Shown: positions 27,980 to 37,840, counted from the first letter of the stretch. The stretch is DNA of 64,000 nucleotides from Frankiales bacterium (GCA_033851265.1 JAWWOW010000005.1:302972-366971); one strand, 5' to 3'. Made by a program: numbers and translations. The notes: generated from the sequence alone by a model not told the origin.

Positions 27980-29463
27980 TCGACGTCCTCGTCTTATTGC
28001 CCGGCGTCAGCAGCTCGGACCACAGCAAGGACGTTCTGTTCCAGTTGTACGTCGGCGTGACCGCGCTGGTCTTCGCGCTGGTCATCGGAGTGCTGCTGCT
28101 CGCTGTCGTCTTCTTCCGCCGGGAACGGCAACCGGAGGAGGGCAGGCGCACTCTCGAGACCAGGGACGACTCGCCTGCTGTTGCCGCGCTGCTCGTGCAC
28201 ACGCGCGAGGTGCCGGGTGAGGCCGCCGCAGCAACGCTGGTCGACCTAGCCGCGCGCGGAACGGTCGAGATCCTCGACATGGGCGGCGGGACTCCCGCCG
28301 TACGGCTGCTGGAAACGGCTCCACTTGGACTCAGGGCTTACGAGCAACGTGTGTTCGAGCTGGTCCGAAGGCATGCGGACGGTGACGGGGTCGCTCCGGC
28401 GGACGCGCTGACCTTGTCAGACGACGAAGCATCGGAGAAGTGGCTCGAAGAATTCCGTAGTGAAGTCCGCGACGAAGCGCGGAGCAACGGATGGGTGCGC
28501 AAGCGGTACGGCACCGAGGTCTCGATTGTGGCTGTGCTGCTGCTCATTGGTGCCGTGGTCATCGCCATCTGGGGTTACGCAACCGCGACGAAGTTTCCAG
28601 CCGATGTAGCGCACCCTCCTACACCGCACTCCGACTTGCGCGCCGGCTTGGTCTGGGCGGCGGTGCTGCTTGGCGGGGCAGAGTTCGTAGCGATCAGCGC
28701 GCTCTGGCGCAGCGCAGCGCAACGGCTAACTCGTTCGGGTAGACCCGTTGCCGCATCCTGGCTCGGCGTTGCAGCACATCTCCGTGACGACGAACAGCTA
28801 GCTGAAGCACCACCCACGGCGGTCGCGATCTGGCACCGGTTGCTTGCGTACGCGACCGGCTTCGGCGTTGCGCACGCCGTGCAAGAGCGGATCCCGCTAG
28901 GCCCGGAGTCCCGTAGCAGGGCGTGGAGCGCCGAAAGCGGTCGTTGGCGGCAAGTGCGGGTGCGCTATCCCGAACGCTGGCCTCCCGGGTGGGGGAGTCG
29001 GCCCGGCGAACTCGTGAAGTACGGCGCGGGTCGGCTGCTGATGGTGGGTGTTCCCGTTGTCGTGATCCTCACCGTGGGCGTGCAACTGATACGCGCTGGC
29101 GTGCTGGACTCCGCGCCGTGGTGGAGCGTCGCGTTTGCCGGTCTCGTCGCCGGCCCGTTCCTGCTCCTTGCCGCCGCGGGGATCGTCAACCTCCTCTTCG
29201 GGTTGGTCATGCTTGCGTCGTTGTTCGGCCCGCCGCGTGAGGTCACCGGTCTGGCTGTTCGGGTGCGTCCGATCCCGGGGCAAACCGCGGGAATGTGGGT
29301 CGCCATCGACGACGGCACGAGGGACGAGGTCGTCGCCTACAAGGTCCGGGTATCGAACTCGATCCAGCAGGGCGACCACGTGCGGCTGCTGGTACGCCCG
29401 CTGAGCGGACAAGTGTTGGCCGCGGCCGATAGCACCGAGCCGGTCGGCGCGGCTACTCGATGA
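27976..29463 (+). CDS. DUF2207-like polytopic membrane protein, the usual LemA partner
   Basis: TTGA overlap with the lemA stop. N-terminal TM, large middle domain, C-terminal multi-TM region. Confidence 0.7.
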   Translation: MIDVLVLLPGVSSSDHSKDVLFQLYVGVTALVFALVIGVLLLAVVFFRRERQPEEGRRTLETRDDSPAVAALLVHTREVPGEAAAATLVDLAARGTVEILDMGGGTPAVRLLETAPLGLRAYEQRVFELVRRHADGDGVAPADALTLSDDEASEKWLEEFRSEVRDEARSNGWVRKRYGTEVSIVAVLLLIGAVVIAIWGYATATKFPADVAHPPTPHSDLRAGLVWAAVLLGGAEFVAISALWRSAAQRLTRSGRPVAASWLGVAAHLRDDEQLAEAPPTAVAIWHRLLAYATGFGVAHAVQERIPLGPESRSRAWSAESGRWRQVRVRYPERWPPGWGSRPGELVKYGAGRLLMVGVPVVVILTVGVQLIRAGVLDSAPWWSVAFAGLVAGPFLLLAAAGIVNLLFGLVMLASLFGPPREVTGLAVRVRPIPGQTAGMWVAIDDGTRDEVVAYKVRVSNSIQQGDHVRLLVRPLSGQVLAAADSTEPVGAATR

Positions 29464-30112
29464 CGTAGGCCATTGCGAAGCCGTCGTACCCCTTGCTGCC
29501 GACCGTCTGAATCACGGTGGCGCTGACGCGCGGTTCTGACTCGACGAGGGTGAAGAGCTCTCGCGTGCCAAGCACATTGGGGTCCGAACTGTTCTCCTCG
29601 AGGATCGCTCCGTTGCGTACGACGTTGTCGACGATGATGACGCTGCCGGGCCGCGACAACTTCAACGCCCAGGCGAAGTACGCCGGGTTGTTCACCTTGT
29701 CGGCATCGATGAACGCGAGATCAAAAGGTGGCAGATCAGCGAGCGCCGGCAGCGACTCGAGCGCGGGCCCAACGCGCACCTCCACGATCGCGCCGAAGCC
29801 TGCGGCTTCAATGTGGCGCCGCGCCAGCTCGGCGTAGTCCGGATTCGCTTCCAACGTCACTAGCCGGCCGTCAGCGGGCAGCGCGGATGCGATCCAGATG
29901 GTGCTGTAGCCGCCCAGGGTCCCGATCTCGAGCACATGACGCGCGTTGATCGAACGCGCCAAGAGATGCAGGAACTTGCCCTGCGGCGGCGACACATTGA
30001 TTGCAGGCAATCCAGCGTTGCGGCTGTTTTCCAGCGCTGCCGCCGCTGGATGGTCGCCCACGAGTACCTCGGTGAGGTACTCGTCGACCGCGGCCCACCG
30101 CTCGTCCGTCAT
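29453..30112 (-). CDS. Class I SAM-dependent O-methyltransferase (caffeoyl-CoA OMT-like)
   Basis: VLEIGTLGGYSTIWIA SAM motif I. DLAFIDADK. 219 aa. Confidence 0.9.
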   Translation of the reverse strand: MTDERWAAVDEYLTEVLVGDHPAAAALENSRNAGLPAINVSPPQGKFLHLLARSINARHVLEIGTLGGYSTIWIASALPADGRLVTLEANPDYAELARRHIEAAGFGAIVEVRVGPALESLPALADLPPFDLAFIDADKVNNPAYFAWALKLSRPGSVIIVDNVVRNGAILEENSSDPNVLGTRELFTLVESEPRVSATVIQTVGSKGYDGFAMAYVIE

Positions 30113-30124
30113 GTCAGCACGGCT

Positions 30125-30601
30125 TTACGCGTAGACCATTCGCGTGACCCAGTCAGCGACCAAAGCTGGCTTGTCTTCGCCTTCGATCTCCACTGTCACG
30201 GTTCGCACGGACTGCAACGTGTTCGGGTCTTTCAGGTCCACGCTCGAAAGCACGCTGGATGCCCGAATGCGTGAGCCGACCTTGACCGGAGCGATGAAGC
30301 GCACCTTCTCGAAGCCGTAGTTGACCCCCATGACGATGCCGTCCAAGCGCTCGGGCGGCTGCGGGATCGACGAACACAGATGACTGAGCATGGACAGCGT
30401 CAGGAATCCGTGCGCGATCGTTACTCCCCACGGCGACATCTCGGCGGAGAGTTTCGGGTCGACGTGGATGAACTGATGGTCCTCCGTCACATCAGCGAAC
30501 GCGTTGATCCGGTCCTGGTCGACCATGAACCAATCGCCAGTGCCCTCAGCCTCACCGATCGCAGCCTTGAACAGCTCGTATGCGTTCTCGCCCTTGCTCA
30601 T
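30125..30601 (-). CDS. MaoC-like (R)-specific enoyl-CoA hydratase, hot-dog fold
   Basis: Start at the second ATG, preceded by GAGGAG. FADVTEDHQFIHVDP hot-dog hydratase motif. Confidence 0.85.
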   Translation of the reverse strand: MSKGENAYELFKAAIGEAEGTGDWFMVDQDRINAFADVTEDHQFIHVDPKLSAEMSPWGVTIAHGFLTLSMLSHLCSSIPQPPERLDGIVMGVNYGFEKVRFIAPVKVGSRIRASSVLSSVDLKDPNTLQSVRTVTVEIEGEDKPALVADWVTRMVYA

Positions 30602-30659
30602 CGCACTCCTCATGTATGGCGTTGCGCGTCAGGATAGATTCACAGAGATTCGCATGCGC

Positions 30660-31832
30660 TCACGGGGGAGACGTGGCTGTGTGCGCGAGGAAAACGCGCA
30701 ACGCAGCGCCACCGCCGTTGCGGTCCTCGACCCAGGCCCGACCGTCATGGCGGGCCGCGAAGTGGCCGACGAGGGCCAAACCGATGCCCATGCCCGGGGC
30801 ATGCGTGCGCAAGACCGAACCGTGTTCGAAGGCGCCAAAGATCCTGCTGCGAACGTGCTCGGGGATACCCGGCCCGTTGTCATCAACGCAGATGAGGATG
30901 CCGTCCGGTTGGGCCCGAACGGCGACCCAGATCTGAGCGGTATCTGGTGTGTGGGTGACGGCGTTCGAGACCAGGTTTTCGATGATGCGCTCGACCATCC
31001 CAGGGTCGACGTTCGCTTGCAGGTCCGGGGCTTCAACGTGAATCGGGCGTGGTGAGTGCAACGCATCGACTACCCAGCGCACGAATGAGCCGACATCGAT
31101 CTCCTGACGGCGGGCTTCGAGGACTCCTCGACCGAGACGATCAACGTCGAGCAGGTCGGCGATGAGCCGGTCGAGTTTCTCTGCGCTCCCCGCGATGCGT
31201 TCGACACAGTCGCGACGCAATTCGGTGGATAGCTCCGCATCGTGATCTTTGAGTGTCCGGGCGAAGCCAAGTAGCGCAGTCAATGGCGTTCGGAGTTCGT
31301 GGGAAACGGTCGTGATGAATATCGACTTGGCTGCCTCTAACGCTTTTCTTGACGTGATGTCCTGCGCGAGCACCAAGACTGCATCGCGGTCGGCAAATCT
31401 CTGTGCGTGCGAAACGATCTCGACATCGATGACACGGCCGTCCTTCAGTCTGTGCTTCCAGGCACCTGAATGATGCACCGGGGACCGTCCGAGAGACGGG
31501 TCTCCGTGCACGAGCTGGACGTCCTCCGGAGGTCGGATGTCCTCGATGGTCAGGGTGAGGAACTCATCACGCGAGTACCCATAGTTCGCGGTTGCGGCTG
31601 AGTTGACTTCGAGGATGCGCAGTGTCTCGACGTCGTAGACCCACATCGGGTAGGGGTTATCGGCGAAGAGTGCGCGGAAGCTCTGCTCGCGTTCGTAGAG
31701 CTCGCGCGTGGTTCGTTCGGCGATGCTCTCCGCTTCTTGTCGCGCACGCTGTTCCCGGACCAGCCGTCGCCTGAGCCGCGCGAGCTCGGAGTCGTCGCTG
31801 GGATCCGCCGGTGTCGGGCTAAGCCGCGACAC
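30660..31832 (-). CDS. PAS-domain sensor histidine kinase
   Basis: Coiled-coil N-terminus, PAS block (FRALFADNPYPMWVYDVETLRILEVNSAATANYGYSRDEF), HisKA H-box SHELRTPL, HATPase N/G boxes. Confidence 0.9.
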   Translation of the reverse strand: MSRLSPTPADPSDDSELARLRRRLVREQRARQEAESIAERTTRELYEREQSFRALFADNPYPMWVYDVETLRILEVNSAATANYGYSRDEFLTLTIEDIRPPEDVQLVHGDPSLGRSPVHHSGAWKHRLKDGRVIDVEIVSHAQRFADRDAVLVLAQDITSRKALEAAKSIFITTVSHELRTPLTALLGFARTLKDHDAELSTELRRDCVERIAGSAEKLDRLIADLLDVDRLGRGVLEARRQEIDVGSFVRWVVDALHSPRPIHVEAPDLQANVDPGMVERIIENLVSNAVTHTPDTAQIWVAVRAQPDGILICVDDNGPGIPEHVRSRIFGAFEHGSVLRTHAPGMGIGLALVGHFAARHDGRAWVEDRNGGGAALRVFLAHTATSPP

Positions 31833-32622
31833 GTTTTCGCAGCCTCACGCCGAAACAAGACCCAGTGGGCTGGTTCTGCTCGTACCACGTCTCGCCGCCG
31901 TTGGCATGGGCGAGTCCGCGCACGATCGATAAGCCGAGACCGGTGCCACCTTTCTCGTGGCTGCTCGCACCGCGAACGAACTTGCCGAACAGTCGTGGAA
32001 CCAACTCCTCTGGAACTCCTTCGCCACAGTCTCGAACCTCGATCTGAACCCAGGATCCGGCGTCACGCGTCAGTACTTCGATGGGGGGCGAGCCGTAGGT
32101 GAGTGCATTGCGCACATAGTTGGTCAGGATTCGCTGTAGGTGATCCCGGTCGACAACGGCGTCAACATCGTCGGCGACGCAGCGGATCTCTTCGCTCCGA
32201 TCGTTGAAGCCGGACATCAGCTCGGCCATCGCATCCCGGATCGGAACGACGTCGGCGACGGTTTCCAACGCACCGGCTTCGATCGTGGATGCGGTGAGCA
32301 GGTCGTCGATCAGGCGAGCCAGTCGCTTTCCCTGTCGCTCGATAGTCGAGAGGAATTGCGCACGAGTCTCCGTTGGTAGGTCTGGCCAGCGCTTCGACAG
32401 CGTTGATGCCATGCCGAGGATGGCAGTCAGTGGCCCACGAAGGTCGTGTGCCGTTACCGCGATGAATTCTTTCAGCGATTCGTTAAGGGACTCGAGCTCC
32501 GCGTTGACCCGGTAGAAGTCCGCCGTTACCCGCTCGGCAATATTCTCAGCTTCGTGGCGGGCAGTTCGCTCGCGGTCGAGCCGGCGTTGGATGCCCTCGA
32601 CAGGGTCAGGGGAAGAGGTCAT
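31819..32622 (-). CDS. Histidine kinase without sensor domain (HnoK-like)
   Basis: 267 aa. N-terminal coiled coil paralogous to the PAS-HK. H-box AHDLRGPLTA. HATPase_c motifs. Starts 6 nt after the H-NOX stop. Overlaps the next HK start by 14 nt. Confidence 0.9.
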   Translation of the reverse strand: MTSSPDPVEGIQRRLDRERTARHEAENIAERVTADFYRVNAELESLNESLKEFIAVTAHDLRGPLTAILGMASTLSKRWPDLPTETRAQFLSTIERQGKRLARLIDDLLTASTIEAGALETVADVVPIRDAMAELMSGFNDRSEEIRCVADDVDAVVDRDHLQRILTNYVRNALTYGSPPIEVLTRDAGSWVQIEVRDCGEGVPEELVPRLFGKFVRGASSHEKGGTGLGLSIVRGLAHANGGETWYEQNQPTGSCFGVRLRKRVAA

Positions 32623-32628
32623 CGCACG

Positions 32629-33171
32629 TTAACCGACGGGAAGTTTCGCGCGCAGTAAGCAGCGCGCGTCGCCTCGTTTGACGCACTCCGGCTGGTCGAC
32701 AAGCGTGGTTTCACCGAAGTGGTCTGCAGCGCCCTCGATAAGCCCTTCGGCGAACAGGCACAGCCCGCGGTGAGACTCGTAGGAGAGCGAAACCGCGTGC
32801 GGGTCGTTGGAGTCGACTTCGAACGTCGGCGCATAGGCACCGGGGAAGAGCTTGCGCACCTCCGGATGAATCACGTCGTTGAGGGTCAGCAGGAAGGACC
32901 GCGTGTTCTGGTGAGTGTCGAAGAAGGCGGGATAGCGGTTGTACAGCAACGGCAATGCCTGGCGACCAAACCATCGCACGAGATCATCGACCGGTCGGCC
33001 GGTGGCTTCCGACGCCAAGACGACGAGAGCAACCAACTCTTCGTGCGGGTAGCTGCCCACCGACGTGTACGCACCCGAGAGATTCGCTTGCGAGAGGAGG
33101 GTGTCCCATGTCTCCTCACCGAACTCATCGCCCACAACTTGCTCGAGCAGGTTGAAGATGACGCCTTTCAC
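32629..33171 (-). CDS. hnoX: H-NOX (haem nitric oxide/oxygen-binding, HNOB) domain protein
   Basis: MKGVIFNLLEQVV N-terminus. Single His in DVIHPEV at the expected proximal-haem-ligand position. Y-x-S-x-R haem-propionate motif (YESHRGL). LCLFAEGLIEGAADHF block. 180 aa stand-alone domain, closely alignable to Shewanella-type H-NOX. Confidence 0.85.
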   Translation of the reverse strand: MKGVIFNLLEQVVGDEFGEETWDTLLSQANLSGAYTSVGSYPHEELVALVVLASEATGRPVDDLVRWFGRQALPLLYNRYPAFFDTHQNTRSFLLTLNDVIHPEVRKLFPGAYAPTFEVDSNDPHAVSLSYESHRGLCLFAEGLIEGAADHFGETTLVDQPECVKRGDARCLLRAKLPVG

Positions 33172-33245
33172 GTTGCCCCCTGGGGTTTCGCCCGAAGATC
33201 AAACGGTACGCGCACTGAGACCATGCAGCGGCGCGCCAGGCCGGG

Positions 33246-34370
33246 TTAGGCCTTGCGTTGCCATCTCGGCAGCGCTTCCACGCCCAAACGCAACGGCGGG
33301 ACAGTCTCCGGCGTTGACGAGGGATGCCGCTTGTAGAGCAGCGGGTGACTCATCGCAGTCCGGTCATCCGGCGCTCGGCGTACGACGCCCCGCGCGGTCA
33401 GGTGCGCATCGTCGACCAGCTCGGTTTGCCCAAGCACCGGCGAGACCGGCACGCCGGCAGCAGCGAGCAGGGACACCGTGTCATCGCGCGACAGCTTCGC
33501 GATCGCCGTGGCCAACTGCGCATTGAGCGCTTCTTGCTCAGCAGAGCGTTCGACGAAGGTCAGCTCAGCGAGGTCGGACAGACCAAGTGCTGTCACCAGG
33601 GCCAGCCACAACGGTTGTTCCGCCAGTACGCCGAGCGTGATCCAGCCGTCATCGGCGGTTCGAAATGCGCCGTAGCCCGCGGCACCGCCGCGCATGACGT
33701 CGCCGTTGTCCAGGCGCAGTTTGGGCAGCGGCCCGGTCCACGTCGCGAGCACGTCGGCCATCGCGACGTCGATGTACTCGCCCTCACCAGTGCGGCCAGC
33801 GCGCACGAGAGCCGCGCAGATTGCCATCGCGGCGTAGACCCCACCGGCGAGGTCGGCAATCGGTGGACGGCCGACCACTGGCTCAGCTCCGGTGGCGCGT
33901 GGCTCCACGATGCCGGCGAGCGCCTGGTAGTTGAGGTCATGGCCCGGCACGTCACGCATCGGTCCGGTCTGGCCGTATCCGGACACCGAGCAGTAGACGA
34001 CCGTCGGGTTCACCGCGCTCACATCGTCGTAGCCGAGGCCGAGCCGGTTGACGACGCCGGGCCGGAAACCTTCGGTGACCACGTCGGCATCGCGGGCGAG
34101 CTCGAGCACTGCGCCGCGTTGGGTCGAGTCCTTGAGGTCGATGGCAACCGCGCGCTTGCCCGCATTGAGAATCGCAAACAGATCAGGAAACACCCGCATC
34201 GGGTCGCCACCGGGTGGCTCGATCTTGATGACGTCCGCGCCCATCTCGACGAGCAGTTGTGTTGCGTAGGGGACCGGTCGCCAGATGCCGAGGTCAAGAA
34301 CACGTACGCCGGACAACAGCCCCGATCCGCTGCTCACGTCGCTGCGCGTTCCAGGACGTGCACGCAGCAC
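33246..34370 (-). CDS. CoA-transferase family III (CaiB/BaiF)
   Basis: GVRVLDLGIWRPVPYATQLLVEMGADVIKIEPPGGDP N-terminus diagnostic of family III. Confidence 0.9.
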   Translation of the reverse strand: MLRARPGTRSDVSSGSGLLSGVRVLDLGIWRPVPYATQLLVEMGADVIKIEPPGGDPMRVFPDLFAILNAGKRAVAIDLKDSTQRGAVLELARDADVVTEGFRPGVVNRLGLGYDDVSAVNPTVVYCSVSGYGQTGPMRDVPGHDLNYQALAGIVEPRATGAEPVVGRPPIADLAGGVYAAMAICAALVRAGRTGEGEYIDVAMADVLATWTGPLPKLRLDNGDVMRGGAAGYGAFRTADDGWITLGVLAEQPLWLALVTALGLSDLAELTFVERSAEQEALNAQLATAIAKLSRDDTVSLLAAAGVPVSPVLGQTELVDDAHLTARGVVRRAPDDRTAMSHPLLYKRHPSSTPETVPPLRLGVEALPRWQRKA

Positions 34371-35530
34371 GCCGAGCCGAGTCCGATGACGTGCGTGAGC
34401 CCGACCTTCGCGTCTGGCAGCTGGCGGTCACCCGCCTCGCCGCGAAGCTGGGTCGTGACTTCATACACATTGGCGATACCGGTGGCACCGATCGGATGCC
34501 CCTTCGACAGCAGCCCGCCTGACACGTTGACCGGTGTGCGGCCGTCGCGCCACGGCGCTCCTGAGTCGATGAAGTCACCGGCACCGCCCGGCTCGCACAA
34601 CCGCAGGTTGTCGTAGTGCACCAGCTCGGCCGTCGCGAAGCAGTCATGCAGCTCGACGAGATCGAGATCCTCGGGTCCGACGCCGGCAACTTCGTAGGCG
34701 CGGTCCGCGGCGTTGCGCGTCAACGTGTTGACGTCCGGCAGCACTTCGGTTTCGGGTGTGTAGGGATCGGTAGTCATCACCGATGCGGCGATGCGGACTG
34801 CGCGCCGTCGTACATCCGGATCCATCGTGCGCAGGCGCTTTTCCGAGACGACAACGGTCGCTGCTGCGCCGTCACCGATCGGGCATGCCATGAGCAGCGT
34901 GTTCGGATAGCTGAGCATCTCGGCCGTCATGATCTGCTCGAGCGAGTAGCGATCGCGGTACTGCGCGAGAGGGTTCAGCACCGCGTGCGCGTGGTTCTTC
35001 TCCGCCACCTTGGCGAACTGCTCGAAGTCGACGCCGCCGTGTGCGCGCGCGTAGTCGAGGCCGACCTCGGCGAAGACGCCGAACATCTGCCCGGTGCCGA
35101 GCATCCCTTCGGTCGGGAGTACGGCGCCCGCGCGTCCCGTGGGGGTGAACGTCTCGGCGTTGTGCCGTGGCATCGCAAACGGCGTACCCGGGTTGGTCAT
35201 CTGTTCGGCGCCGAGCGCAAGCCCGATGTCTGCCTCGCCGGCGCGAATCTCCATGATGACGCTACGCAGTGCCGTCGCGCCGGTGGCGCAGGCGTTGTGC
35301 ACGTTGTAGAGCGGGATGCCGGTCTGTCCGACTTGTTGAAGGACCCGTTGGCCGAAGGTGATGGTCTCGAACTGGCTGCCGACGGCCATCACTTGAACGT
35401 CGTGCATCGATAGCGCTGCGTCGTCGAGTGCACCGAACACAGCTTCACTGGCGAGGTCGAGAACATCGCGATCGCGGAACTTGCCGAACGGCGTCATCGC
35501 CGTGCCGACGATCCACACTGAGTCCGACAA
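34334..35530 (-). CDS. Thiolase-like lipid-transfer protein (SCP-x/Ltp-type, non-canonical thiolase)
   Basis: VWIVGTAMTPFGKF N-terminus. CATGATAL active-site Cys region. C-terminal GHPIGATG. Confidence 0.9.
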   Translation of the reverse strand: MSDSVWIVGTAMTPFGKFRDRDVLDLASEAVFGALDDAALSMHDVQVMAVGSQFETITFGQRVLQQVGQTGIPLYNVHNACATGATALRSVIMEIRAGEADIGLALGAEQMTNPGTPFAMPRHNAETFTPTGRAGAVLPTEGMLGTGQMFGVFAEVGLDYARAHGGVDFEQFAKVAEKNHAHAVLNPLAQYRDRYSLEQIMTAEMLSYPNTLLMACPIGDGAAATVVVSEKRLRTMDPDVRRRAVRIAASVMTTDPYTPETEVLPDVNTLTRNAADRAYEVAGVGPEDLDLVELHDCFATAELVHYDNLRLCEPGGAGDFIDSGAPWRDGRTPVNVSGGLLSKGHPIGATGIANVYEVTTQLRGEAGDRQLPDAKVGLTHVIGLGSACCVHVLERAAT

Positions 35531-35541
35531 CGTGCTCCTCC

Positions 35542-35928
35542 TCAGACCGGTCGAAAGCCGAAGGCGATGGCCTCGGTGCCATGCGTATCGGTCGCAACCG
35601 GATACGTCACCAGCTCGACGCGGCCGCCGAGCGGGATGGATTCAGGAGTTGGCGGCACGTCTACGAGGTTCGACTTCACGATCGTCCCGTCGTCCAGCTC
35701 GACAACCGCCGAAACGAACGGATCGCCGCGTTTGCCCCGGTGCACGATCGTGAAGGTCCGCAGCATGCCAGTGGGAGGCAGGTCGATCTGCTCGAACGTG
35801 CGCCCGCTGCAACTCGCGCACCCGTTGTGGCGCTGGAGGAACACCGCGCTGCAGGTGAGGCAACGATTTCCTCGCAGCCGCGGCGGATCCGCCAACGAGA
35901 GATAGTCGACTACCGGAAGGCTCGGCAC
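35542..35928 (-). CDS. DUF35 OB-fold/zinc-ribbon protein (thiolase partner)
   Basis: CxxC...CxxC ribbon (CLTCSAVFLQRHNGCASCSG) followed by an OB-fold segment. Immediately upstream of the Ltp-like thiolase. Confidence 0.85.
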   Translation of the reverse strand: MPSLPVVDYLSLADPPRLRGNRCLTCSAVFLQRHNGCASCSGRTFEQIDLPPTGMLRTFTIVHRGKRGDPFVSAVVELDDGTIVKSNLVDVPPTPESIPLGGRVELVTYPVATDTHGTEAIAFGFRPV

Positions 35929-35947
35929 CGCTGCAGCCTACGGATCG

Positions 35948-35977
35948 TTGACACGTCACGTTCCCTGCACCTAGTTT
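35948..35977 (+). promoter_or_regulatory. Candidate sigma-A-type promoter for frdA
   Basis: TTGACA (35948-35953), 18-nt spacer, TAGTTT (35972-35977). About 80 nt upstream of the frdA start. Confidence 0.3.
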
Positions 35978-36058
35978 CGCGAACCTGGATGCACGAGTGA
36001 CGAGGTTCGGCGCGGACAGTTGGACTAGCTGGACGCCCTTCAGCCGGGAGTAGGCCGC

Positions 36059-37825
36059 TTGTCCGACAGCCTCGAGCACGACCTCCTTATTGTCGGTGGA
36101 GGCGGCGCCGGCCTGCGGGCGGCGATCGCCGCTGCGGAGGCGTTTCCGGACCTCGACATCGCGGTGGTGTCCAAGGTCTACCCGATGCGCAGCCACACGG
36201 TGTCCGCGGAGGGCGGCGCGGCCGCAGTCATCAAACCCAATGACTCTCTCGACGATCACTTCCGTGACACGGTGTCCGGTTCCGACTGGCTGGCCGACCA
36301 GGACGCCGTCGATGCCCTCGTGACCGAGGCACCCCGGGAGCTCCTGCAGCTCGAGCACTGGGGTTGTCCCTGGAGCCGCGAACCGGACGGCACTGTGGCG
36401 GTCCGGCCGTTCGGTGGGATGAGCATCGAGCGCACGTGGTTCGCCGCCGACAAGACCGGCTTCCACATGCTGCACACGCTGTTCCAGACCTCGTTGAAAT
36501 ACCCGGCGAACACCAGGTACGACGAGTGGTTCGCGACACGCCTGCTCGTCGAGGATGGCCGTTGCCAAGGTGTGACCGCGATCGAGCTACGCACCGGACA
36601 GGTGCGCGCAATCCTCGCGAAGGCCGTCGTCATGTGCACCGGTGGCTTCGGCCGGATCTTCCCGTTCACGACCAACGCCGCGATCAGCACCGGCGATGGA
36701 CTCGGGCTCGCTTATCGCGCGGGAGTGCCGCTCAAGGACCTGGAGTTCGTGCAGTACCACCCGACGGGGCTGCCCGGCACCGGCATCCTCATCACCGAGG
36801 CAGCACGCGGTGAGGGCGGCATCCTGATCAACAAGGACGGGGAGCGCTACCTCCAGGACTACGACCTCGGGCAGCCGCTCGACGTCCACGACGAGCACCA
36901 CCCGCAGCTGCGCACGATGGAGCTCGGGCCGCGTGACCGGCTCTCGCAGGCGTTCATGAAGGAGCAGGACAAAGGCAAGGTGTTCGAGGGGGAGTACGGC
37001 ACCTACGTGCACCTCGACGTTCGCCATCTCGGCGAGAAGAAGATCGACAAGAAGATCCCGTTCGTCCGGGAGCTGACGAAGAACTACGTCGGGATCGACC
37101 CGGTGCACGAGCCGATCCCGGTGCGCCCGGTCGTTCACTACATGATGGGCGGGATCGACACCAACGTTGACGCAGCGACGCTGATGCCCGGGCTGTTTGC
37201 TGCCGGCGAGTGCGCCTGCGTGAGCATCAACGGTGCCAACCGGCTTGGTTCCAACTCACTCGTGGAGATCCTGGTGTTCGGTGCTCGGGCCGGGAAGAAC
37301 GCCGGACAGTGGGCTCGCGAGCATTCCAAAATCAATCACGCCGCGGTCGAGGCGCAGGCGGCTGATGAGCAGAAGCGCATCTCCCGGGACTTCATCAACA
37401 AGCACGATGGGTCCATTCGTCCCGCGACGATCCGCACCGAGTTGCAGCGCACCATGGAAGCGGGCTGCGGCATCTACCGCACCGAGGCGTCGTTGCGGGC
37501 AACCGCCGAAAAAGTCGCGGAGCTGAAAGAGCAGTTCACGCGCGTCAAACTCGACGACCACAGCCTCAGCTTCAATACTGAGCTCATTACCGCGCTAGAG
37601 CTCGAGTGCATGCTCGACATTTCCGAAGCACTCGTGCACTCGGCGCTTCGGCGTACCGAATCCCGCGGCTCGCATCAGCGCACTGACTACCCACAGCGCG
37701 ACGACGGGAAGTTCCTCAAACACTCCCTTGCTTACCGCAGTGACGGTACGCCGCGCATCGAGTACCGAGACGTGGTCATCACCAAGTGGCCGCCAGAAGA
37801 ACGCGTGTACGGCAGGGCTCACTAG
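36059..37825 (+). CDS. frdA: Fumarate reductase/succinate dehydrogenase flavoprotein subunit
   Basis: TTG start. [17 protein letters not shown] motif. Covalent-FAD His region [24 protein letters not shown]. Confidence 0.92.
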   Translation: MSDSLEHDLLIVGGGGAGLRAAIAAAEAFPDLDIAVVSKVYPMRSHTVSAEGGAAAVIKPNDSLDDHFRDTVSGSDWLADQDAVDALVTEAPRELLQLEHWGCPWSREPDGTVAVRPFGGMSIERTWFAADKTGFHMLHTLFQTSLKYPANTRYDEWFATRLLVEDGRCQGVTAIELRTGQVRAILAKAVVMCTGGFGRIFPFTTNAAISTGDGLGLAYRAGVPLKDLEFVQYHPTGLPGTGILITEAARGEGGILINKDGERYLQDYDLGQPLDVHDEHHPQLRTMELGPRDRLSQAFMKEQDKGKVFEGEYGTYVHLDVRHLGEKKIDKKIPFVRELTKNYVGIDPVHEPIPVRPVVHYMMGGIDTNVDAATLMPGLFAAGECACVSINGANRLGSNSLVEILVFGARAGKNAGQWAREHSKINHAAVEAQAADEQKRISRDFINKHDGSIRPATIRTELQRTMEAGCGIYRTEASLRATAEKVAELKEQFTRVKLDDHSLSFNTELITALELECMLDISEALVHSALRRTESRGSHQRTDYPQRDDGKFLKHSLAYRSDGTPRIEYRDVVITKWPPEERVYGRAH

Positions 37826-37840
37826 ACCTAACGGCTCAGG

